DNA from: Opitutales bacterium
Lineage (GTDB): Bacteria > Verrucomicrobiota > Verrucomicrobiia > Opitutales > PNEW01
Length of the DNA: 32,000 nt
Assembly: GCA_965219535.1 (NCBI GenBank)
Contig: CBDCNV010000002.1
Location: 900,001-932,000, forward strand
Reading direction: 5' to 3'
The notes beneath the pieces were generated by a model that was given only the letters and a program-made list of their open reading frames with translations, was not told where the DNA came from and did not search any database. Positions 17,402-24,893 of this stretch are shown piece after piece (the first letter of the stretch is position 1; every line of letters begins with the position of its first letter). A program made the position numbers and the translations under genes.

Positions 17402-17527
17402 AAACGATCGGTAGCTTAAAGCTTAATTGAGGGATTTGGTGGTGAGAATGACCATGTTGTTTAAAATCTTGACCAATGAGAGCAACTTCAAATCCGACAA
17501 CACCCGCAGCTCACCCAAACTGTCAAT

Positions 17528-17553
17528 GCGATCTTCTTTAACGAGGATGGAGA
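17528..17553. repeat. Conserved 26-nt intergenic block, copy A (gcgatcttctttaacgaggatggaga)
   Basis: 24 of 26 nt identical to 18455..18480. Ends 56 nt upstream of the next start codon. Confidence 0.85.
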
Positions 17554-17609
17554 TAAAATAAATGTCTCAGTAGAAAATAAAACCATAAAGTGATAATATA
17601 CATATACAG

Positions 17610-18368
17610 ATGATGAAGTGTTTCACATTTATTTTTGCCGTTTTTCTGTTTACACCTGCATTCGGAGTAGAAGCTGATCAATTAGCAGATTTGGAAACAA
17701 AAGCAAAAAATAGAGATGCCGATGCACGATTTAAACTGGGAAAAAAATACTATCATGGCCTGGGAGTAGAGCAAAATTATAAGAAAGCCGCGAGATGGAT
17801 TCGCAAGGCAGCCAGGCGAGGGCACCCCGGCGCTCAACGCTACCTTGGGGAGATCCATGAAAAGGGCCTGGTATATAGAGTAAGTTATAGAAGAGCCGAA
17901 AAATGGTATCTCAAAGCGGCTGAGCAGGGAAATACTCAAGCCCAATTTCTCCTTGGTAACATTTATGAAAGGGGAGTTAATGAAGAGGATGTTGTTAATT
18001 ATGTTCATTATTCTGACTATGAACAGGGTCGTTCTCGAAGAGTCTTAGATTCTGGATACATGAACTCCAATCTTAGGAAAGGGTTCTATCTTGATAAAGA
18101 CTATGCCGAAGCGGTGAAATGGTATCAAAAAGCTGCGCTACAAGGACACACTCAAGCTCAAATTAAGCTTGGAGTATTGTGTGCTAATGGCAAGGGCACG
18201 GCGCAAAATTTACATATGGCCTATACATGGTTTAAAATCGCTAGTTCAGAGAGCGAAGGTGATTTGACAACTCAATTAATCGAAACTCTCGAGGGTACCA
18301 TGACCCCAGAGCAAATTAAAGAAGCCGATCATAAAGCTAAATATTGGCTGGCTAACTATAAAAAATAG
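17610..18368 (+). CDS. Secreted Sel1-like repeat (SLR/TPR-like) protein, paralog A
   Basis: Signal peptide MMKCFTFIFAVFLFTPAFG. Repeated A..WY.KAA.QG...AQ..LG..Y..G.GV motifs. Clear paralog of 19439..20311. Confidence 0.9.
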   Translation: MMKCFTFIFAVFLFTPAFGVEADQLADLETKAKNRDADARFKLGKKYYHGLGVEQNYKKAARWIRKAARRGHPGAQRYLGEIHEKGLVYRVSYRRAEKWYLKAAEQGNTQAQFLLGNIYERGVNEEDVVNYVHYSDYEQGRSRRVLDSGYMNSNLRKGFYLDKDYAEAVKWYQKAALQGHTQAQIKLGVLCANGKGTAQNLHMAYTWFKIASSESEGDLTTQLIETLEGTMTPEQIKEADHKAKYWLANYKK

Positions 18369-18392
18369 TAAACGTACCAAGGGTATAGCCCA

Positions 18393-18423
18393 CCTGCCGT
18401 CCATAGCCTCGTGCGACGGATGG
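18393..18423. repeat. Dispersed repeat motif W, second copy
   Basis: cctgccgtccatagcctcgtgcgacggatgg matches 14477..14506. It contains ccgtc/gacgg and gtccat/atggac pairings. Confidence 0.75.
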
Positions 18424-18454
18424 ACATCTACCAAATCAAAAATTACATATCACC

Positions 18455-18480
18455 GCGATCTTCGTCAACGAGGATGGAGA
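18455..18480. repeat. Conserved 26-nt intergenic block, copy B (gcgatcttcgtcaacgaggatggaga)
   Basis: 24 of 26 nt identical to 17528..17553. Ends 52 nt upstream of the next start codon. Confidence 0.85.
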
Positions 18481-18532
18481 GTTGATCACCATTACGACTG
18501 AGAAAATAACAAAAAGGTAGCAAAGTTATTTA

Positions 18533-19381
18533 ATGGTAAATGATTTTTTAAAAATAGAATTATTGGTCATATGGGTGTTAGCATCATTACCGGCGCTACT
18601 CACAGCTGAACCTCAGGATCAACAGGAATTTACCAATTGGGAGGGCGATTCTAATAATGAAGAATTACCCCAAACAGATGTCGTGCCACGGACCTATAGG
18701 GAGAGACAGATAGAGAGTGAAAAAGAGTACTATTCTAATTTAGAGGTCCTTAATAAGGTAAAACCGGTTTTTCCCGAGACGGTTCTCAATTTGGGTATCA
18801 CTAAAGGATTTGCGAATGTTGTTCTCATTGTCGATGAGACCGGCCAGCAGCGAGATTTGGTAGTAGCTTCCGCTACCCATTCGGCATTTGGTGTCGCAGC
18901 AATCAAGGCAGTACAAAAATGGGATTTTATTCCACTTGAAGTGGATGGTAAGCCGCAAACGTGTCGGGTAAAAGTAGAAGTGGACTATGAACATAGGGGG
19001 GGTGGGTCATCCTTTCATCCTATCAGCATTAATAAAGCACGACAGAGTTTTGAAAGAGAAATTCCCCTTTTTGATCATTATACCGTTATCCTCGGACAGT
19101 TAGACCGTAAGCCAAAATTAATTAATGATGTAAGTCCCGTTTATCCCGAAAGTCTGAGAAAAGCAAAGAAGAGTGGCCTTGTAGTAATAGATTTCTTCAT
19201 TGATCCAACGGGAAACGTTAGAGCACCGGGGATAAAAATGGCAACGAACAAGGAATTTGCCATTACCGCCTTAGTTGCAGTCAAGGAATGGAAATTCGAA
19301 CCACCAATGAAAGAGGGCAAACCGACACACGCTCGTGTGAATCAACGATTTTCATTTAGCAATATATCCGTGGACTATTAA
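18533..19381 (+). CDS. Secreted protein with two TonB_C-like domains (free paralog of the BlaR1-like C-terminus)
   Basis: Signal-peptide-like N-terminus (LLVIWVLASLPALLTAEP). From about aa 50 it aligns colinearly with BlaR1-like residues about 495-724 (for example KEYYSNLEVLNKVKPVFPETVLNLGITKGFANVVLIVDE versus KEYYSQLEVLNQVKPVFPESVLHLGITEGFAEVVLIVDE). Confidence 0.85.
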   Translation: MVNDFLKIELLVIWVLASLPALLTAEPQDQQEFTNWEGDSNNEELPQTDVVPRTYRERQIESEKEYYSNLEVLNKVKPVFPETVLNLGITKGFANVVLIVDETGQQRDLVVASATHSAFGVAAIKAVQKWDFIPLEVDGKPQTCRVKVEVDYEHRGGGSSFHPISINKARQSFEREIPLFDHYTVILGQLDRKPKLINDVSPVYPESLRKAKKSGLVVIDFFIDPTGNVRAPGIKMATNKEFAITALVAVKEWKFEPPMKEGKPTHARVNQRFSFSNISVDY

Positions 19382-19438
19382 TTCCATCTAATCAACTGAT
19401 AGGGTTTATAACGAAATTGAAAGAGAGGAAATTTAAAG

Positions 19439-20311
19439 ATGAAAAATACAAGACATATACAAATAAATAGGTTTTCACTTTTTATTGTATTCTTATGTCT
19501 AGCTAATTTGGTCTTCGGTGAAGATATTGTAGAGCTAGCAGAATTAGAAGTAGTAGCTGACAAGGGAGACCTTATTGCACAATTGAAATTGGGAGAAATG
19601 TATTATTACGGGCAAGGTGTAGAGCAGGATTATGAAAAGGCAATGAAATGGTTACGCCAAGCAGCCAAGCAGGGGAACCCTCGTGCTCAATATTACCTGG
19701 GGGAGAACCATTTAAAAGGTTTGGTATACGGAAAAAATTTTAGAAGAGCAGTAAAATGGTATCGCAAGGCAGTTAATCAGGGAGAAGCAGATGCCCAATT
19801 TGCCCTTGGCACCTTATATGAAACGGGAATAGTTGAAGAGAAGGATAGTCTTGCTACTAATCAAGGGATACCTGTCAGAGTGCCAAGAGAATTTCTGGAC
19901 CCCGAATACTCATATGAAGCGGAAAAGCGAATTAATACTGGCTACAATTATGTAAAGACACCTTTAGCAGATCCTTATGGTGATCAGGGAACGATTAAAA
20001 CAAATTACAGGAAAGGGTTCCACGTTGATCAGGACTATGCCGAAGCGGTGAAATTGTATCAGAAAGCGGCCCTTCAAGGTCACACCCAAGCACAAATCAA
20101 TCTGGGAGTACTGTGTGCTAAAGGTCTGGGCACTGAGAAAAATTTAACTATGGCCTATATGTGGTTTACGGTCGCTAATTCAGACCCAGAAAAAGCAAAT
20201 TATATTACAACTCAATTAATCAATAATCTCAAAGCAGGCATGACCACAGAGCAGATAAATGAAGGTGATGGCAAGGCTGAGTATTGGCTGGCTAATTATA
20301 AAAAAGAGTAA
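19439..20311 (+). CDS. Secreted Sel1-like repeat protein, paralog B
   Basis: Hydrophobic N-terminus; a GAGAGG/AGGAA Shine-Dalgarno-like sequence upstream. SLR motifs throughout. The C-terminus (AEYWLANYKKE) mirrors paralog A (AKYWLANYKK). Confidence 0.9.
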   Translation: MKNTRHIQINRFSLFIVFLCLANLVFGEDIVELAELEVVADKGDLIAQLKLGEMYYYGQGVEQDYEKAMKWLRQAAKQGNPRAQYYLGENHLKGLVYGKNFRRAVKWYRKAVNQGEADAQFALGTLYETGIVEEKDSLATNQGIPVRVPREFLDPEYSYEAEKRINTGYNYVKTPLADPYGDQGTIKTNYRKGFHVDQDYAEAVKLYQKAALQGHTQAQINLGVLCAKGLGTEKNLTMAYMWFTVANSDPEKANYITTQLINNLKAGMTTEQINEGDGKAEYWLANYKKE

Positions 20312-20334
20312 GCTCAATAAATAAGTTCAAAGCA

Positions 20335-21780
20335 ATGTATGGCATGCATATATCATTTTTGAAGAGGATAGTAATAGCATCCTTAGTGGTGACCTTTAAT
20401 TCCTTTTTATCGGCTGAGGATGGGACATTTGAAGAAATGGTCAGAAAAGCTGGAGCCGGGCATACGCAGTCCCAATACCGCTTAGGTGTTGCCTTTAAAG
20501 AGGGTGAAGAAATCGGACAAGACAACTATCTAGCGATTAAATGGTTTAGAAAAGCCGCGGAGAAAAGTCATCCGGACGCACAATACGAATTGGCAATTAT
20601 GCAATTGAGCGGCCAGGCAGCACACGTAAGTTTGAAGGAGGCATTAACAGGGTTACTGGCCGCGGCCAATAAGGGACATGTCGGGTCCCAATACCGACTG
20701 GGTTTCACTTATGCAAATGATCCCAAAGTTGAAAGAAATGAAATTGAAGCCGCGAAGTGGTATGAGCTTGCCGCAAGGCAAGGCCATGCAAAGGCCCAAT
20801 ATGAATTGGGCCAGGCCTACCAAAGAGGTAAAGGGGTGCGACGAAGTAATGACCTTGCGGCAAAATACTATCTTATGGCGGCGGAGCAGGGCCATTTAGA
20901 TTCTCACTGTGAACTGGGAAAATTATATACTTATGGTATAAATTTTAAACAGGATTATGAAGAAGCATTAAAATGTTATCAGCTAGCGGCGATTAAAGGG
21001 CATACCGAGTCCATGTATCGTTTAGCTTGGGCCTATGGCAATGGGTGGGGAATTGAAAAGGACCACAAAGAAGCGTTGGTGTGGTATCATCGGGCTGCAG
21101 ATAATGGTCATGCGATGTCACAATATAATATCGGGTGGGCATACGAGACGGGACAGGGGGTAGCTAAAGATTACGCGAAAGCAGTTACCTGGTATGAACG
21201 TTCGGTCAATTTGGATTTAGACCTGGCGCAAACTAAATTGGGATCGATTTACTATTACGGGCGCGGTGAAGTGGAGAAAGATTATGGAAAAGCCGGGAAA
21301 TGGTATTTACAGGCCGCGGAGCAGGGGGATGTGGAAGCACAATATTATTTGGGATTCATGTATTATCAAGGTCAGGGTTTTGCAAAGGATTACCAGCATG
21401 CGCATAAGTGGTTTGAATTAGCAGCCAATCAAAACCATGCGGGCGCCCAATATAACCTGGGTTACATGTATGAAATAGGATTGGTCTTTAAGTATAGAAA
21501 TTACGCGGAGGCGCTTAAGTGGTATAATAAAGCAGCGATGCAGGGTAATGTCGACGCGCAAGTAAAATTGGGCTACATGTATTTCGAAGGGCACGGTGTA
21601 AGCAAAGATTACGTGCAAGCTTATGCCTGGGCATATTTAGCCAATGCTCAATCCGAAAATACTTATCTTATTAAACGTCTTTCCAGGCGGATGGACGCCA
21701 AAGAAATAAACGCGGGGATAGTTAGGGCAGATCTATTGCAGAAACATTTAGCTGGATTGAAAAATTCAAATGCCAACTGA
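20335..21780 (+). CDS. Secreted Sel1-like repeat protein, long form (about 11 SLR units)
   Basis: 481 aa with a signal-like N-terminus (IVIASLVVTFNSFLSAEDG). Regular ~36-aa repeats of the form A.KWY.LAA.QGH..AQY.LG..Y..G.GV.KD. Confidence 0.9.
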   Translation: MYGMHISFLKRIVIASLVVTFNSFLSAEDGTFEEMVRKAGAGHTQSQYRLGVAFKEGEEIGQDNYLAIKWFRKAAEKSHPDAQYELAIMQLSGQAAHVSLKEALTGLLAAANKGHVGSQYRLGFTYANDPKVERNEIEAAKWYELAARQGHAKAQYELGQAYQRGKGVRRSNDLAAKYYLMAAEQGHLDSHCELGKLYTYGINFKQDYEEALKCYQLAAIKGHTESMYRLAWAYGNGWGIEKDHKEALVWYHRAADNGHAMSQYNIGWAYETGQGVAKDYAKAVTWYERSVNLDLDLAQTKLGSIYYYGRGEVEKDYGKAGKWYLQAAEQGDVEAQYYLGFMYYQGQGFAKDYQHAHKWFELAANQNHAGAQYNLGYMYEIGLVFKYRNYAEALKWYNKAAMQGNVDAQVKLGYMYFEGHGVSKDYVQAYAWAYLANAQSENTYLIKRLSRRMDAKEINAGIVRADLLQKHLAGLKNSNAN

Positions 21781-21815
21781 AAATAATAGAGAGGTGTTGT
21801 TAAACCAATTAACTG

Positions 21816-22169
21816 ATGAATCGCACTAAGACTAAGAATTCAAAAAGAAGCATCTGCTTTATATGTACGATTATCTTCGCGCTTCTCTTGTCCACTTTAA
21901 GTGAGGGGAAAAACGTTAACAGAAAAACTAATCTTTCAAAGGATGATAACGTCAATCCAGAGAAGGTTGGTCATGATGTAGAATGTGGTTCGGTTACCAA
22001 ATTATATGAGAACGACAGCGCAGCCGACGTTAAATTGAGAATCTATGTTACAGACAGATGTCAGGATCGAGAATCAATCGTTAAAATATTCGACGATAGT
22101 AATGAACTGTGGAGTGACCCCCAAAAATCGTATCATTTACAGAGAGAGGTTATCGGGATAAACAGATAA
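21816..22169 (+). CDS. Small secreted hypothetical protein, 3' end replaced by IS-derived sequence
   Basis: N-terminal signal/anchor (ICFICTIIFALLLSTLSEG). From 22103 onward the reading frame lies inside the IS left inverted repeat, so the last 22 codons (NELWSD...GINR) are not native. Confidence 0.5.
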   Translation: MNRTKTKNSKRSICFICTIIFALLLSTLSEGKNVNRKTNLSKDDNVNPEKVGHDVECGSVTKLYENDSAADVKLRIYVTDRCQDRESIVKIFDDSNELWSDPQKSYHLQREVIGINR

Positions 22170-22174
22170 CCTCA

Positions 22175-22468
22175 ATGAAAAGAAAAAGATACACAACAGA
22201 ACAGATTATAACAATATTGCGGCAAGCCGATACCGGTAAAACGGTACAGGAAATCTGCCGTGGAAACAACCTGAGCGAACAGACTTTCTATCGCTGGCGT
22301 AAAAAATATGGCAATTTAGAACTTGCCGATGCGAAGCGATTTAAAGAGCTGGAAAAAGAATTCACGAGCGCAAGCGAGAAGGCCTGACATACCGAGCTGA
22401 AGAAGCTGCTCGCAGATCAAATGCTCAAGAATCAGGTAATGGAGGAAACGCTGTCAAAAAAATGGTGA
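22175..22468 (+). pseudogene. IS3 orfA (HTH protein) interrupted by an in-frame TGA
   Basis: MKRKRYTTEQIITILRQADTGKTVQEICRGNNLSEQTFYRWRKKYG is a typical IS3 OrfA helix-turn-helix. An in-frame TGA at 22385-22387 is followed in the same frame by the expected leucine-zipper tail HTELKKLLADQMLKNQVMEETLSKKW, ending at 22466-22468. Confidence 0.75.
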
Positions 22469-23413
22469 GCCCAAAGCAGAAGAAACGAGTAGTAAAAGCT
22501 GCGGCTGAGAAAGGGTTGTGCTCGTTGCGGAGGGCTTGTGCTTATCTCAGCCTGAGTTGGTCAACGTTCAGTTACCGGCCCAAACAGGCCAGTGAGAAAG
22601 CTCAGCGGTTGGTCGAGCGGATTGTGAGCTTGTCCTGGAAACATCCCCGCTACGGTTACCGGCGCATCCGTGCCTTGCTGGTAAAGGAAGGCTGGACAAC
22701 AAGCAGGAAGTTTGTCCAGGCGGTACGACGTTCAGAAGGGCTGCAGGTAAAGCCCCCGAAAAAGGGCAGACACCGTCAAGGAGTCTCTACGGGGTCACCT
22801 ACTAAAGCAAAGGGTCGCAATCACGTTTGGTCCTGGGACTTTGTCCATGATCGTACAGACAACGGCGGTCCATTAAAGATGATGACTCTAATCGATGTAC
22901 CGAGGAGCTGAAAGCGACGACACTGAATATACGCGTAAATGCCTGGATATCCGGGTCGCTCGTCAACTCACCTCAACCGATGTCCTCTCTGTGCTTAGCG
23001 AGGCCATTGAAGAGGAGGGACCTCCCAGCTATATCCGTAGTGACAACGGCAGTGAGTTCATTGCTCATCAAGTGCAGCAGTGGTTGTCCGGTAATAACAT
23101 AAAGGCGATCTATATCGATCCGGGCAGTCCCTGGCAAAACGGTTTCATCGAGTCGTTTCACAACCGCTTACGCGATGAGTGTTTGAACCGTGAAGTGTTG
23201 CTCAGCGTGGCTGAAGCGCAAGTGGTAATCGAACAATGGCGTCAGACCTATAACCATGAACATCCCCACAGTCGTTTAGGCTTCAAAAGCCCACAAGAGT
23301 TTGTCAGATTCCTTTCCGATCTTGGCCGCGTTCGGGCTACGCCCTCACTTCGCCAAGATCTCTCATATACATCAATCCTAAAACCATTAACACCCGGTAA
23401 CTCTCTCACTTAA
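22462..23413 (+). pseudogene. IS3 orfB (DDE transposase) with a frame disruption
   Basis: It is in the -1 frame relative to orfA. The reading frame breaks between ...GGPLKMMTLID (ends 22896) and EYTRKCLDIRVARQL (from 22925). In intact relatives, as I remember them, these are contiguous (LIDEYTRECL), so a 28-nt segment (22897-22924) intervenes. The downstream part has SDNGSEF and the C-terminal HPHSRLG motifs. Confidence 0.75.
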
Positions 23414-23594
23414 ATTGGTACGAAAAACGGGGTCCGATCATAAATCATTCATAACATAAAAAAAAATTGAATGGATGAAAATGCATACAGTGATAAATTA
23501 CCAAGGACTAAATAGACTGCGGTAAATTTAATGGCCGCATCCCTTGCAGACAATACCCCCAATTCATAATGGGGTTGTCGTTACTTCTTAATAC

Positions 23595-23613
23595 ACAGCT
23601 GAGATTCAGCTGT
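23595..23613 (-). terminator. Perfect 8-bp hairpin (acagctga-gat-tcagctgt) downstream of the minus-strand gene array
   Basis: Read directly from the sequence. It lies about 40 nt past the stop of the last gene of the array (23650). There is no U-tract, so intrinsic-terminator function is uncertain. Confidence 0.3.
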
Positions 23614-23649
23614 ATCCTGTATTAGCTGTAGATTCTCATTTCGAATTCA

Positions 23650-24252
23650 TCATGTTTGCGTAAGCGGTGAAGTCAAATTGAAAGAAATTTTATTAGCGAT
23701 AGAGTAAAGAGCATACAAAGAGATGTGCTTATGGGGGGGAAGAACGTATAATTGCAGATCATAAAAGACGCCATTTTTCTGCCGAGCATTCTGAATAACT
23801 TTTTCAAATTTCATACCCAGCTTTTCCAGGACACGGGATGAGGCCAGATTCTCCAGCATGCAGGTTCCTTCGATGCGCCTGAGTTGTCCCTTATCAAAGC
23901 CGTAGCTAAGCACTTCCCTCACCGCTTCCGTGGCATAACCCTGGCTCCAGAAATCCCTCGAAATACCAAATGCAATTTCAGCTTTCCTGTGGTCTTGGTT
24001 TAAGGAATGGAAAAAACAATAACCGATAACTTGTTCAGATTCTTTTAATACGATTGCCCAGGCGACAATATCTGGAGATTTTAAAAATGAAATAAACTTC
24101 CCGGTGTCTTCAATCGATCGGTGTGTATTCCAAAAGGTGAATTTTGTTACCTGTCGATCAGATGCAAATTCAAAAATATCGACTGCGTCGTTGCTCTTTA
24201 CTTCCCGCAATAACAGTCGAGACGTTTGAAGTGAGGGAATGTCGGTTAGCAT
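23650..24252 (-). CDS. GNAT-family N-acetyltransferase (RimJ/RimL-like)
   Basis: I trimmed the track ORF's TTG start (24264) to the ATG at 24252 (MLTDIPSLQTSRLLLREV, the typical RimJ-type N-terminus). WSQGYATEAVREVLSYGF is the acetyl-CoA-binding motif region. Confidence 0.85.
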   Translation of the reverse strand: MLTDIPSLQTSRLLLREVKSNDAVDIFEFASDRQVTKFTFWNTHRSIEDTGKFISFLKSPDIVAWAIVLKESEQVIGYCFFHSLNQDHRKAEIAFGISRDFWSQGYATEAVREVLSYGFDKGQLRRIEGTCMLENLASSRVLEKLGMKFEKVIQNARQKNGVFYDLQLYVLPPHKHISLYALYSIANKISFNLTSPLTQT

Positions 24253-24291
24253 GTTAAAACTCAATGGGACAAAACAAATGGCAGGATAACA

Positions 24292-24819
24292 CTAATGTGT
24301 TGATTGCTCTAATTCTGATTTCGTGAACAGTGCCACAAGATTTAGTCCTTCTTTTTCTAGATTTTCCCTGCCTCCAGATTCGCGATCTATAACACAAAGG
24401 ACAGTCTCGATGACTGCGCCTTTCTTACGTAGCTCTGTTGCGGATAGTATAATTTGGCCACCTGATGTAACGACATCTTCAACGATAACAATATATTTCC
24501 CGTCTACCTCACCACCTTCGGCTAAATTACAGGTCCCATAATCCTTTGCCTCTTTTCTGACAAACAATGTAGGAATCTTTGAAATTTGCGAAAGCATTGT
24601 AGAGATGGGTATTCCACCCATTTCCAGCCCCGCGAGCACTTCAGTCCCCTCTGGAATCATCGGTGACAGTGATTTGGCAATTGCTTTTAGAATTTCGGGC
24701 TGAGCTTCAAATAAATATTTATCAAAATATTCATTGCTGATCGCGCCGGAGCGCAAACGGAATTCTCCTTTAATATGAGAGATTTCATAGATTGCTTTAG
24801 CTAACTCACTTTTATTCAT
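24292..24819 (-). CDS. pyrE: Orotate phosphoribosyltransferase-like type I PRTase (short PyrE type)
   Basis: 175 aa. FRLRSGAISNEYFDKY (the PyrE N-terminal motif), GGIPIST, FVRKEAKDYG and the PRPP-binding motif IVIVEDVVTSGG. Whether this is the housekeeping copy is not known from this window. Confidence 0.7.
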   Translation of the reverse strand: MNKSELAKAIYEISHIKGEFRLRSGAISNEYFDKYLFEAQPEILKAIAKSLSPMIPEGTEVLAGLEMGGIPISTMLSQISKIPTLFVRKEAKDYGTCNLAEGGEVDGKYIVIVEDVVTSGGQIILSATELRKKGAVIETVLCVIDRESGGRENLEKEGLNLVALFTKSELEQSTH

Positions 24820-24893
24820 TTAAAACTGAAAGATTATATTAGTTCGAGTTGATGTCAGCTTGCATTTTAATGAACACCATCGTGCGACGCCAT

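Larger units (their letters stand above)
22103..23440 (+). mobile_element. IS3-family insertion sequence (1338 bp), decayed
   Basis: TG...CA termini. Imperfect inverted repeats of about 50 bp: 22103-22157 versus the reverse complement of 23391-23440, sharing the blocks TGA, GACCCC, CGTA, ATTTA, GAGAGAG, TTA and CGGG. 3-bp TAA direct flanks at 22100-22102 and 23441-23443. Two-ORF organisation with an A7 slippery run at 22456-22462. Confidence 0.85.

Noticed and set aside
17448-18485. Programmed -1 frameshifting linking short ATG ORFs (17448-17561 and 18420-18485) to the conserved AIF.NEDG... frame.
   Set aside because: In both cases the conserved frame is -1 relative to an ATG ORF, but I found no X-XXY-YYZ slippery heptamer in the permissive interval. 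The ATG ORFs themselves are not similar to each other.
17610-21780. Calling the Sel1 proteins Hcp-type beta-lactamases, which would fit neatly with a BlaI/BlaR1 pair.
   Set aside because: The Helicobacter Hcp proteins are defined by paired cysteines in each repeat. These proteins have at most isolated cysteines (for example LGVLCANG). The Sel1 fold alone does not imply beta-lactam binding.
22385-22387. In-frame TGA in IS3 orfA as evidence for an alternative genetic code or selenocysteine.
   Set aside because: TGA clearly terminates other well-supported genes here (for example 3844-3846, 5204-5206, 27700-27702). The same IS also carries an independent frame disruption in orfB, so decay is the simpler explanation.
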